A model generated the notes under the pieces. That model was not told the origin of the DNA and made no database searches. It saw nothing but the letters and a program-made list of their open reading frames with translations. A stretch of DNA of 63,200 nt, counting the filler, from Circinaria calcarea (Eukaryota), in the NCBI GenBank assembly GCA_051942165.1. It is 31 parts of 31 records of this genome, joined end to end, with 100 filler letters (N's around TTAATTAATTAA, not from the genome) between each part and the next. Parts side by side here need not be neighbours in the genome. Positions count along the whole stretch, not along the records: positions 1 to 1,958 come from JAVECS010004043.1; positions 2,059 to 4,016 come from JAVECS010004044.1; positions 4,117 to 6,073 come from JAVECS010004045.1; positions 6,174 to 8,125 come from JAVECS010004046.1; positions 8,226 to 10,175 come from JAVECS010004047.1; positions 10,276 to 12,224 come from JAVECS010004048.1; 25 more parts are not named here. One strand, written 5' to 3'. Position numbers and translations under genes: made by a program. This document shows, one piece after another, positions 1 through 10,930 of this stretch (positions are counted from its first letter, which is position 1; each line of letters starts with the position of its first letter).

Positions 1-320
1 GAGCAGCAATATTTCTCATTTCTGTGCCACAAGTACAACCAGAGTATCGACAATAATGCCAGGGCCTTATGGCCTATAGACCTTCTTTCCACACCGTTCA
101 CTGCCTGCTTTGCCTGCCTTTGCCTGCGTACCCTCCATTTCGAAACATCGAGCACGTACAGATCTCCTTATACCCTCACCATGCGCTTCCATTGTAGTCA
201 CGTCACTAAGCCGCCTGCTGGCTAGTATACATACTTAGCCTGAACCCATCTATCTTACTGTTCATTTGGAATCTTTGCATATATCCTAAGTCGCCTTACT
301 GCACCTTCTCCAATTTCACA

Positions 321-1854
321 ATGAAAGATGTATCGCCTGCAGTTGTGCTTGCAGCCGGTACGGTTTTTCCAGCGTTGGGATTTATCGTTGTTGCCTTGCG
401 GTTCTATACAAGACGCATGCAAAGCGTACGATTGATGCTAGACGACTGGTTAGCTATTCCGGCGTTGGTAAAGTCTCCTTCTCCCGTCCAAGCTCTACCG
501 ATCTAATCATCATCGCTGCAAACAGATTCTAGTTATTGGCATGGGAGTCAATCTTATTGTTGGTAGATGCCAGATCCTCATCAGTTAACCTGGTTTGATC
601 TAGACTAAACTGAATTCAGGAGTGAAGACAATGTCATTGGCATATCCTATGACGACGCCGAAGGACCTCAGTCCGGAGGAAATCATCACATCGGTTTCCC
701 CGAGGTATACAGCGAGCCAAAAGGTGAAGGTCCCTTACGCACGACTTTATAAGTTTCTTCTTATGGCCTTGCAGCTAATTCTTGCCCCTAGGTTGTGTTC
801 GTCTACCATGTCCTGCAACCAGCATAACTAGGCTTTGTGAAGCTCAGTGTTTTTTTCTTCTATCGCCGCATCTTCTGTTCTGGTAAGCGAGTCGCTTTTA
901 ACTATATTATTGATACTATGATCGTTCTCACTGCAGCGTGGACCGTGGCTTTTTTCTTCAGCCATTTGTTCTCCTGTGGCTTAAATTGGTTCGCTCATTG
1001 GAGCTCGCTTCTGGATCTTCAGACCTACTGTACTAAAACCCTAATGTTTGAGAATGCATATGTAATCTCGGACTTCATTATGGATGTTATATTATTGGTT
1101 TTACCACTTCCTAAAGTAAAGTCATTTTATATGTCGTACCGATATTTCTTGAATCTACGTTGTTGCTTATTAATATCCCAGATCTGGGCGCTCCATATAA
1201 CAATAATCCGGAAGTTCATTGTATCTGGTGCCTTTCTATTGGGAGCCGGGTAGACCAGCTTCTTATGCTGTTAAACGCGGAATATTAAGATTTTCAAGGG
1301 CTCTTATATCTTCGGTCTTGCGCATGGTCATATATATTGATGCTGTTAGATGTATTTCTCTAATTACTAACTTTTATCGCAGAATAAGAACTCTGACACA
1401 TCCTCCAGACGGTTTCAAACTTAATATCGATCCCATCTGTATGTCCCGTGTCTTAGATGCTCACACCTCTACGGCCTATTAATAGCTCCCTATAGTCTTG
1501 GTCACCAGAATCCTCTACTGGGGTATGATCGAATCTGGCCTCGCCCTTATTGCCGCTTCTCTCCCAACCCTGCGCTTTCTCTTTCGCGGATGGTCCCTTG
1601 ACGCTCTGCTCAGTAGCATCCGCAGCGCCATAACGTTTCGTTTAATACGCTCCAATAACTCCCATCATGTTCGCCTTGACGGGCCGTACGCCAGTAACAA
1701 CCCCACTTCCTCCAAGGCCCTTGTTGCCAGTAAAGAGGGTCCGGAAATGGAATCCCATGCCATACATGACCTAGAAGGTCAGCAGGATATTCCACCTGGA
1801 TCTGATGGGATCATGATAAGAAGCACTATTGAGCGATCGGAAAATACGATTTGA
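321..1854 (+). CDS. PTH11-like (fungal rhodopsin-domain) integral membrane protein, multi-exon, apparently complete
   Basis: Family motifs VALRFYTR, LDDWLAIPAL, KLSVFFFYRRIF, SDFIMDVILLVLPLP and WGMIESGLALIAASLPTLR, split by GT-AG introns (first intron 468-525). Confidence 0.88.
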
Positions 1855-1958
1855 CTGCTAGACAAGTGGACAAGGAGTTATGATAGTGAAGTTATCTCAA
1901 TGTTGCGAATTTTAAAAAGACGGCGGGAATAAACTTCTATTTCGGTTCAGGTAATCTG

Positions 1959-2058
1959 NNNNNNNNNNNNNNNNNNNNNNNNNNNNNNNNNNNNNNNNNN
2001 NNTTAATTAATTAANNNNNNNNNNNNNNNNNNNNNNNNNNNNNNNNNNNNNNNNNNNN
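1959..2058. other. Artificial contig linker (N44-TTAATTAATTAA-N44), first of 30 copies
   Basis: The identical 100-bp linker starts at 1959, 4017, 6074, 8126, 10176, 12225, 14274, 16322, 18370, 20417, 22463, 24508, 26552, 28596, 30638, 32678, 34718, 36757, 38795, 40833, 42870, 44906, 46941, 48976, 51010, 53043, 55076, 57108, 59139 and 61170. Its core gives stops in all six frames. Contig lengths fall from 1958 to 1931 bp. Confidence 0.99.
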
Positions 2059-2326
2059 TTCTTGTGGTATCGATCATATAACAGGGCGGCCGTGAAGGAG
2101 CCGGTGATGGAGAGGAATATCAGCCAGTTACGGGATGGCAATCTGGCACGAAGCCTGGGAAGACCTATGTTGTATTAACTTCTGTCCTTGGATCCGATAA
2201 GTGACATATACCCATCATGCGAAAGGCTGGATTTCCCTCAGACATGGTCGGTTTGGGGGCAGGTCCTGCTGGTTTCGCAGCATCTTTCGAAGCTTCCCCC
2301 GCTGCTTTGGCACCGTCGTCCGCCAT
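2059..2326 (-). CDS. TIM54: Mitochondrial inner-membrane translocase subunit Tim54, 5' part (not in ORF track)
   Basis: Exons 2326-2212 and 2164-2059 (47-bp GT-AG intron) translate to MADDG...EGNPAFRMMG|LPRLRARLPSRNWLIFLSITGSFTAALLYDRYHK. LPSRNWxIF...YDR is the Tim54 N-terminal signature. Confidence 0.92.
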
Positions 2327-3782
2327 CGTTGACGGAGCTTTCGATAGGGGCCAATTGTACCAGCCCTCGATAGAGCTAGTTCATAGAGCTTTGTCTCCGC
2401 ATCTAGGGAATTCTAGCCGTAGCAATAAATCTGATCATGAGGCTCAAATTACCCGTAAAGAGCCTCTCGCGTCCTATCCCTGTCGTTCTGCTGGGCAGGT
2501 CCTTCCCGAACGCCGTATGCTAACTATCGTGATAGACTAGCGCTGACTATTCACCAACGAATAACACGGAGTACTGTGGTTGCAAGGTGAAACAGTTGTT
2601 AGCGCGGGATTTTTTGCAACAGCTGCAGCAAGCCCAAACATGCATTAAATTACCAAAAAAGCCGAAATGTGTATCGGAAGGCCTACTCAATAGCTTACCT
2701 TTTTCTACTCCGTAGTAGGTTTTTATATGGCTTTTGCTGAGTGTACAGGGGATATCGCAAATGATACTAACAACTGTTTCCCCTGTAACGTCTACTTTGT
2801 CAAGAGCCTTCACTTTGTTTCGATAAGAATGTGGCGCCGAAGCCATGTGGTTACTAACTGGAAAGGTCTTTTCGAAGGTCATACCCTTCCATTATCTTAG
2901 TCACCGAATATGCCTTGGAGCACTGTGAATTGCCCAGGCCTCTGTTATCTGCACGCTGCATTCTGATAGGGGAGTTTCTTCCCTGGGGTGTGGTCACACA
3001 GCGATCTCTCCGACCTATCCAGCGGCCTTGGTAAACATTCTTTGCAGCAAACACGGGACCGAGCATCCAATAACGACACGAGCCTTGAGCGCTAATCTGC
3101 ATGGTTGACACAATCGCACTCCAGCTGCCGGTCCTATGGATGCCCATTCTGTCCCCAAATCCACCATACTCTGTCACGAAGCTTCGGCTTTTACCAAATC
3201 GGATGCAAAGACCCCTTCTGATTGGGTTTAGTGGAGGGACTCCAAGGGGAAGGTGCCTGCACATGCAGTGTGCTTCGTGCGACACTCGACTTTTCTGTTC
3301 CTGCAGGACGGCACAAGCTGCGCCTACGAGAATCCTTCGGGGCGGAATAAGGTAGCGGCCACCTTTTCGTAGTCCATCGTATGAAGAAGCACTTTTCCAT
3401 TAAACATTGTGCCCCGTAGACTCTAGACTTTTGAATCCGCCCCATTCACTCCTTTCTACTCCCCCTTTTCCTCCCCTTTTCCCTTTCACACTTTCATCGG
3501 CCCTACTTAACGAGCGGTTCGGCCCGTCAAGTAGCGTATGCCCTTCCGGTCCTTCTCCATCCTGGACCGTGAACGCTATCGTCGAGCCGACATGCTGCTT
3601 TCCTCCATCATGCATCTCGTCTCGTACGTCGATTAGACCACTCGTTCACATCTGCCGCCATAGCTTTGACTCTCTCGAACAGCGTCCCTGATCCTCCAGA
3701 CCTCCAGCTCACCGCGTGTAAGTCACGATTGCTTCTATATGCCGGACCATCTTTAGAATCTTTGCCCCCCGATCTACCCAGC

Positions 3783-4016
3783 ATGGATCAGAACAATTCA
3801 AACAACCAGAAGGCCCCTTCTGCGTTGAGTAATCGTCCCCATCTCAACTTTGGTGGAGGTAACGGCTTCGGTACTGATCGTACCTATGAGGCGTCCAACA
3901 ACCGTGTGTACCCGACCACTCCTTCCACCTTCCCGCAGCCCGTCTTTCAGAACCCAGCGGTGCAGGCTTCCAACGACTATCTGGGTGCCTCGGTCCAGAG
4001 TCCCACCGCAGCAGCT
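3783..4016 (+). CDS. cot-1: NDR Ser/Thr kinase COT-1/CotA/Cbk1, N-terminus only
   Basis: NRPHLNF...RVYPTTPSTFPQPVF matches the recalled N-terminus of Neurospora COT-1. The kinase domain lies beyond the contig end. Confidence 0.85.
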
Positions 4017-4818
4017 NNNNNNNNNNNNNNNNNNNNNNNNNNNNNNNNNNNNNNNNNNNNTTAATTAATTAANNNNNNNNNNNNNNNNNNNNNNNNNNNN
4101 NNNNNNNNNNNNNNNNCCCCGCCCCGGGGCGCAAAGCCAACGACGGCGGAATTCCTTTGCGCTTCAACCCGCACCAGATTCGCCCGCGTCATCAGCGAAT
4201 CCTCGGGTAGCGACCAACACTGCGTCAACCAATGAGGGACTCGAAGACGAAGGAAAATCGAAACCACGCAGCGGACACGGATCAGACCCTAATCTTCCCG
4301 TGACCAAAAAAATATATCATGTATCTGCAATGCTCGCCCTCTCGGGACATGTGGTGTGACGGAGGCAAACAGTCAGAATAACCAATGACCGAGTCGAGTG
4401 GATTGCTGAGTATAAGGGGCAATAGAGGGCTATCAGGCCATAATACTTTATCCTTTTACTCTCCCGGTACACTACTTCTCTTCTTGCGAAAACGTACGCC
4501 AACCGGGTTGAACATCTAGATTTGCTGGTTATTGGGGTGAGAGCGTACACTTGGATGTCTAAAGGCGTGATGCTCTTGCTATGGTTTTTTCAGCACGGTG
4601 ATAAAGATTGAACGGATTATCGACTGGATTTGGCCGAATGATCAGCCTTCGGCCTATATCATACTTCTCGCTGCCTTCTGATCTCTCCATCTGACTTGGC
4701 CTTATCTCCGCGACAATCATGAGTATCCCAGCCTAGAAGACTAGCGAAAAGTGGACTGTGGGCCATATATAGCTGCATTCATGCCTGAAGTGATAGTGAG
4801 GCCGGATCACCTGGATCA

Positions 4819-6066
4819 TCAGTAGTGAGTGTCACGTACGGGTGAGGCTTCCCTTCTCTCATCTACTTCAGTTGGTAAGTCATTGTAATAACCGAAAGGA
4901 TGGTTGTATATTATCGGGGGCCGGATTATCGAGGGCCGGTTTATCCGGGGCGGGTGTACTGGTATGAAATCATAAGTTCCCTCTGTTTCCACCTGCGTTG
5001 ACCTATCTGGAATCTTTACTCTTTCGGATGGTCTCATGCTCTCCATTTCTCTTCGTCTTTCCCTTTCGTATGGCCTGGTGCTTCCCGTTTCTCTTTGCCT
5101 TTCGTATGGTCTCATATCTCTCTCTATTTCCCTTTCTATTTCCATTTCCCGCGACATCCTGATACCATCCTTTACTCTTTCCAAGTCTCTTTCTAATCCT
5201 TCTAGTCTTCTGTCTCGCCTTTCTACTTCTCTTTGATATTGCCGTGGTCCTGGCCGCCCCCATTTCAGCCAGCTAGGGCGAGAGTCTTCTCTTTCTGGCG
5301 GAGGCAGCTGCTTCAGCTCGTCAGGTCTTGCGGTAGGCATCATGATAGGTTCTCCGAATGGCCTTTCCCGCTCAAACGAACGTCTCCTCCCGGTATCAAC
5401 CCGGGGGTGGATTTCAATTTTTTGATCTGTTTTAATTGCTTCTCTGTTTACCGGTTCTGGGGGACCCCACGAGTAATCAGGGACAATATCGGGAGACTCG
5501 GACCTTCGTTCAGATACACGGTCAGTTCTCGGCCTACTCGCCGAAGAAATGAAAACCCCCTTGGGCTTTGTGTCCTGATGATTATTCGTAGGATGTTGTG
5601 GTTCGGCCTTTGAGTTATCTTGAACGTCGGATTTGAGAATGTCGGAGAGACTGTTGAAACGCATCATATCTATGATAAATCTCATTATCAGCTTCAGAAG
5701 GCCTTCGAAATGCAGTATGTTACGACCACGTCGGGCGCTTTCACGTCGACCTGTTGACCCAACATCGGTGCCAAGCTGTGTACATAGCAGTCGATGAAAC
5801 AGAAGGGTAAGACAAACTAGACGAGAAATAAAAGGGGCATTGTTGAATATAGAGAAATGCAGAGTAGGAAGCGTGTTTCTAGATAAATTTAGATTCGAAC
5901 GCGTCTCATGTCTTTTCCTTTTTGCATACAGCATAATCTGCTTTGTAGGAGGGTAGGAGTCAAAACGTAAGAGCTTACCACTCAAATACTGATCCATTGA
6001 CAGCCTGATTGTTCCATTTCCTTTTTGATAAGTTCTGAACCGATCAAGTTTTCTCTTTAGATCCAT
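4819..6066 (-). CDS. Hypothetical Arg/Glu/Pro-rich protein; true start uncertain
   Basis: 415-codon open frame with internal RPYER repeats and no recognisable domain. The 5' third looks non-coding or intronic. Confidence 0.4.
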   Translation of the reverse strand: MDLKRKLDRFRTYQKGNGTIRLSMDQYLSGKLLRFDSYPPTKQIMLYAKRKRHETRSNLNLSRNTLPTLHFSIFNNAPFISRLVCLTLLFHRLLCTQLGTDVGSTGRRESARRGRNILHFEGLLKLIMRFIIDMMRFNSLSDILKSDVQDNSKAEPQHPTNNHQDTKPKGVFISSASRPRTDRVSERRSESPDIVPDYSWGPPEPVNREAIKTDQKIEIHPRVDTGRRRSFERERPFGEPIMMPTARPDELKQLPPPEREDSRPSWLKWGRPGPRQYQREVERRDRRLEGLERDLERVKDGIRMSREMEIEREIERDMRPYERQRETGSTRPYERERRREMESMRPSERVKIPDRSTQVETEGTYDFIPVHPPRINRPSIIRPPIIYNHPFGYYNDLPTEVDERREASPVRDTHY

Positions 6067-6178
6067 TGAGCTANNNNNNNNNNNNNNNNNNNNNNNNNNN
6101 NNNNNNNNNNNNNNNNNTTAATTAATTAANNNNNNNNNNNNNNNNNNNNNNNNNNNNNNNNNNNNNNNNNNNNAAAAG

Positions 6179-8125
6179 ATGGCCAGCAGTCCGCATCAGC
6201 CTTCTCCGGCCTATCTCGAGGACTACAACGAAGACGCAAACACCACCGTTCCTGGCACCCGCCAGTCCGCCAACATCGCCGCAAAGCGCTCCAAGCCGGA
6301 CATACCCAAGCTGAAGACTGCAGCGGCCGAACGAGATGAAGCAAGCGATCCGGCATCTTCGAGGCATACCGTGGCCACGAGTGGAAGCGGCGACTCATCA
6401 CCTCAAGCTGCTGAACGCAAGGTAGAGCAATTGAAGAAGACTCTCCCACAATCGACCGACGCGCCGATGCCACCGAGTCCGAGTAAAGGAACGGAGAACA
6501 GGTCGAAGAGCCCACAGAAACCGACAATGCAGAGGACCATGTCGCGGTCCAAAAAGGACGAGAAAATAAAACACAAGATATGTGACTGCAAAGATTGCGC
6601 GGCCAGAATGCGACCTTCGGGCACGCCGGTCAAGGCCAAGCCAGTCGTCAGTCATCATGAAGCCGGTCATCGTTCTCGGCCAGCACAGCATGGCCCACCA
6701 TCACCGCAAGCGACGCGACATCCTCCTGCCTCTCAAACGTATGAGGTGCCCGTTCTTCCCCCCGCGCAGCCTCATCTCCGTCCGCAATTGGTACAACGAC
6801 CACATCGGGCTCCAAGACCCGCAAGCTTTCACGCGGGATTGTCGTATACTCCGCCAGTATACATTGAGAGGCAGATTTACCCAACTGTTCAGAGTCAGTA
6901 TCCTTTGTCGTCTTCGTACAATGCTCCCCAGGTCTACCTGCCGGCACCGTCCCCAGTCGCTTCACGGGCTCCGCCATATATCATTCCTGGGTACGATAGT
7001 CGTCCACCAGTCCCTACGTTCCCGTGGATGGCAGAAAACCCCCCACCCGTTTCCCGTCGTTCCTCGATTTATGGTACATCGCCGGTCATCGAATATCCCC
7101 CACCGTCAGTGTTTTACCCGGTGGTGCCTCAACAACCGAATTGGTCACCAGTATCTCGCCGTCTTTCTACCCACTCCAGTCACCGACCCGAAAGACCTTC
7201 GCCAACCTCCCCCCAAGAAGGAGATTATTTCGAACTGAGTTATCCCAGAAAACCGCAGATTTCCCAACAAAACACTAGGCCTTCAATACGTCATGCTGCA
7301 ACATCTGCGGTTCATCCAACACTTCATCGGTCTGAGCGTGGATCTGAGGAACCACTGGTGGAGCAATTTCGAAAACATTCCCTAGAGGATAGCCGCCCAG
7401 CCTCGCGCCCGTCCCTATTGAAGAGACCGTCAGCTGCCCCAACAGTAGGCACAAATGTTAGCAGGCATAGCGTACGAACCACGTATCAACAAGATCGTGA
7501 TTCTGCGCCCCACCGCCATCGTCGTCATCCTGAGTCATACTCTGACCACGAGACTCCTCCTCAACACGAGGAAGAGATCGAGGCATACCAAGCCGCTCAG
7601 GCGTCTAAGAATGGGATACGCGCAGAGCCAATTACTACCGATGAAGTAAAGCAAATGGCAAGGCGAAGAGCCAAAACAAACGCTAGCTGTGGAAGCGAGG
7701 TCGGAAGTCGGGCCAGTAGACATAGCGGAAGTAGCGAAGGAAAGAAGAATTCATCGCGAGCCTTGGTCGATAGACATCGTCGCGAGGGCGAGGCTGCAGA
7801 TGAGGGTTTTAGGGTAAGGTTCGACGCTAATCAGAAAATCAAATTAGAGTTCAAGGGAGACAGTGGAGGCGGGAGGACGGTTGAAGTGAGACAGACCAGG
7901 GATGGCGAAGGTGGAATGGAGTTGTGCATTGAAGGAAAAGGGAAGAAGGAGAGGAGCGAAAGAAGGTACAGCAGTGTTATGAGTAGTCGGAGGGGAAACA
8001 GGGTTGACAGGGAGGTTGAATATACTCGGGAAAAGAGAGCGGAGAGTCGAGCCGGAAGACCTGTGAGCAGGGTTGCAGAGGAGAAGGAAGGCAAGAGGTT
8101 CAAGGAGGCGGCCAGCACAGAGAAT
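6179..8125 (+). CDS. Hypothetical Pro/Ser/Arg-rich, likely disordered protein, 3'-truncated
   Basis: Uninterrupted ORF of about 650 codons filling the contig, with a small CDCKDC motif. No family recognised. Confidence 0.75.
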
Positions 8126-8226
8126 NNNNNNNNNNNNNNNNNNNNNNNNNNNNNNNNNNNNNNNNNNNNTTAATTAATTAANNNNNNNNNNNNNNNNNNN
8201 NNNNNNNNNNNNNNNNNNNNNNNNNC

Positions 8227-8616
8227 GTCCGCATCGCTCCCGGCTGCCGCACCAGCCGGCGCATCAAACACGTCGTCACCGAGATCCTGGCCCCGTACGG
8301 CTCCGCCATCGACGAACGGCCTCCTCTGCTGACGGAAGAGGAGCGATTGGAGAAGCGGAGGGTGAAACGGGAGGCGAAGCTGGAGAGGAGGAGGATGAGG
8401 AGGGAGGCCGGGGTGCAAGAGGAGAGTGACGAGGGAGAAGGGAGCGATGGGGAACGTGATGGGAAGTCGTCGGGTACGAGGGCACAGCACAATGTGGAGG
8501 TGGCGGAGAGAAGGGGGAAGAAGAAGGGGCTAAAAAATGACCGGAAAGCTAGAAGGGTGCAGGAGGGCGTGGGTGCGGATGAGGTGAGAAGGAGGTTGGA
8601 GGGGGTCAAATTGTAA
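8227..8616 (+). CDS. Mitochondrial ribosomal protein uS17m, C-terminal part
   Basis: VRIAPGCRTSRRIKHVVTEILAPYGSAIDERPPLLTEEER resembles the end of the S17 OB-fold plus the fungal mitoribosomal extension. Confidence 0.75.
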   Translation, partial: VRIAPGCRTSRRIKHVVTEILAPYGSAIDERPPLLTEEERLEKRRVKREAKLERRRMRREAGVQEESDEGEGSDGERDGKSSGTRAQHNVEVAERRGKKKGLKNDRKARRVQEGVGADEVRRRLEGVKL

Positions 8617-9121
8617 AAAATATATCGGATAGGAAAAGTACAGTTCCCCGGTTTGTACATATACTAAAGGGAGTGGGATGAAAAAGCTTGCCTGGCACTC
8701 ATCTACTACCTTCACTCTCGGGGTTTGAAACCAAAAATCCGAGTTTGTATTGAAAGCAATTCACCACCGCTAATTTACTATTCTCACATGCTTACACCAA
8801 TGGGAACGTGGTCGATAGGAGGATTGAAAGGGTTCTTCTTCTACGGCTTATCAAGTTCTTTCTTTGATGTCCAGTGCCGAAATCGGGCAAGTCTTGGCTG
8901 GTGATCAAGGGGTTATGCTGGTGAGAGGTAGTGTATGATATATTTAAGAATGTAGTACTGGGTCCGAAAACTAATTCCTAAGAAAGGACTACCGTTCTCT
9001 TTTGAGGCCGTAACCGAGCCTCCTTGATGTCTAAAAATGATTCTTCAGATTTGATATATCTCTGGTAGAGGGTCTGTATCTTAAGGGTGGAGAGCCGTCA
9101 CAATACTCTAGCAGCAGCTAC

Positions 9122-10175
9122 TCAATCCCCATCCTCTTCTTCTTCCTCCTTTTCTTCCTCCTCTTCTTCCTCCTCTTCTTCCTCTTCACCCCCACTCTCA
9201 TCGTCATCGTCCTCCTCTGCCTCCTTTAGCCAGTTAATAAATTGCTCAGTCAAGCCCCGTACCTTTCCCATTTCCCCTTCTTTACCCCGCTCGTCCTCCC
9301 ACCATTGTAATATGCCGTCCTCCTCTATAACCTCCAAGTCATACAGCTCCTTCACCACAAAGAGCATTAGATTCTCTCCTTTCGTCCTTCCCGCCACATC
9401 CCTCTGCACTAAGATGAGGAAGTCGACCTGGTCGGCTCTTTGCGGCTTGCCCTTGTCGAAAATAGCCATTTGCTCAATTAGAAATTTGTATTTCCCGAAA
9501 ACGAGCTTGACGGCTTCGCTTGCACCTATCCCAGTACCATTATCTGAATCCATTAGGTTGAATGCGCGCTTCATAAAGGCCGAAACCAAAGCAGACCGTA
9601 TCGTATGATCGTTCGCATTCGCTGTTAATCGTTGGCCTAATAATTCTAGATGTATAACTTCCGCCGACTCGTTTCGCTGTAAGCCATCGAGAACGCTGGC
9701 TGTAGCTTCAATGTGAAAGTCTCGATTTTGCGACGTCTCATCGGAGTGGTCCGAACGAAAGCTATCCCGCCGATAAGTGTCTCGAAGCATTTGAGAATCA
9801 GACTCTTCGGAATGAAGGGTAGAGATGGAGGAGGTGGAAGACGAAGCGGTCGAGTTGAGGTATACTATACGTGAGGAGGTCGTACTTGAGCTATCTGAAT
9901 CGTTATCCGAGTCCGAAATATAGCCATATCCCTCGCCGCCTTTGCCAACAAGGTGGAAGTCCGTTTGGGGGCCGATGTCATGGTTATGAGGTTTGGCTCG
10001 TGTGATCCTACTCATACCAGAAATGGTTTTGTTGTCCGATATTCGTACACCAAATGATATCAGAGCTCCCGGTTCGATCAAGCAGTTTCTCCCAATCACA
10101 GCCTCATTAGCGACAACGGCTTGCCGGATTACTGAACCATCCCCCACCACTACATCATCCCAGATGTAAGACCCA
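9122..10175 (-). CDS. GCD6: Translation initiation factor eIF2B epsilon subunit, C-terminal part
   Basis: Left-handed beta-helix repeats (VVVGDGSVIRQAVVANEAVIGRNCLIEPGALISFGVRI), then a W2/HEAT domain (LYDLEVIEEDGILQWW...FINWLKEAEE) and an acidic tail. Confidence 0.95.
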
Positions 10176-10275
10176 NNNNNNNNNNNNNNNNNNNNNNNNN
10201 NNNNNNNNNNNNNNNNNNNTTAATTAATTAANNNNNNNNNNNNNNNNNNNNNNNNNNNNNNNNNNNNNNNNNNNN

Positions 10276-10519
10276 AATCCTCCAATCATAGCTGGCATTA
10301 CCATGAAAAATATCATTACTATAGCGTGTGCAGTTATTATACTATTATACAGCTGATTATCCGCTATAAACTGAATACCTGGCCCAGACAGTTCTAACCT
10401 AATTAGTACAGAAAACGCTGTACCAACTAGACCTGCAAATAAGGCAAATCTCAGATACAAAGTTCCAATGTATTTAGCATTAGATGATAGAAATCACCTT
10501 TCTGTTCAAAGGCTTATAG
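10276..10519 (-). pseudogene. cox1: cox1 5' coding segment (mitochondrial code), probably a degenerate copy or NUMT
   Basis: With TGA=Trp: [80 protein letters not shown]. There is no in-frame ATG after the upstream TAG. Conserved NAKDIG reads NAKYIG and an Arg sits in TM1. The cox1 identity is certain; pseudogene status is inferred. Confidence 0.7.
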
Positions 10520-10712
10520 ACGAGACCTTTTTAAATACATTAGAGTACTAGACCTCTTTTTTAATATGGATATAACTTTATATCAGCTAGTCCATCCATC
10601 AACTTTGTAATTTATTAACCCTGTTCTAAATGGATTAAATGGTTATTTTTACACATATACCATGGTATATAATTACTATTATGTTTTATACAGTATACCT
10701 ATAAGTATATTC

Positions 10713-10786
10713 TCAGGTTATTATGCATTCGAACATAACAATTTCTCAACCCAAATGAGACGCCTAACCGACCTTGCTCTAACCCG
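10713..10786 (-). tRNA. trnP: Mitochondrial-type tRNA-Pro(UGG), slightly degenerate
   Basis: CGGGTTA/TAACCTG acceptor stem; anticodon arm TCTCA-TT TGG GT-TGAGA; T-arm TTATG-TTCGAATG-CATAA with an 8-nt loop (one extra base); D-stem mismatch. Confidence 0.85.
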
Positions 10787-10898
10787 TATGATTTAGAGAT
10801 ATATTCTAGAGTGCTGTGCTGTGCAGTGCAGAGAATATCGGATTCAAACGGATGTAATAAATTTTGACCAAATAAGTATAGGTTTATGGAAGACTTTT

Positions 10899-10930
10899 TA
10901 ACTGATCTTTCTTTAAAGAAAGATCAGTTA
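10899..10930. repeat. Perfect 32-bp palindrome
   Basis: TAACTGATCTTTCTTT|AAAGAAAGATCAGTTA is its own reverse complement. Confidence 0.95.

Noticed and set aside
10821..10833. GTGCAGTGCAGAG in the mitochondrial-type contig, identical to 13 bp of the MITE interior
   Set aside because: Too short and low in complexity, has no TIR, and overlaps the tRNA remnant. It cannot be used as evidence of nuclear location.
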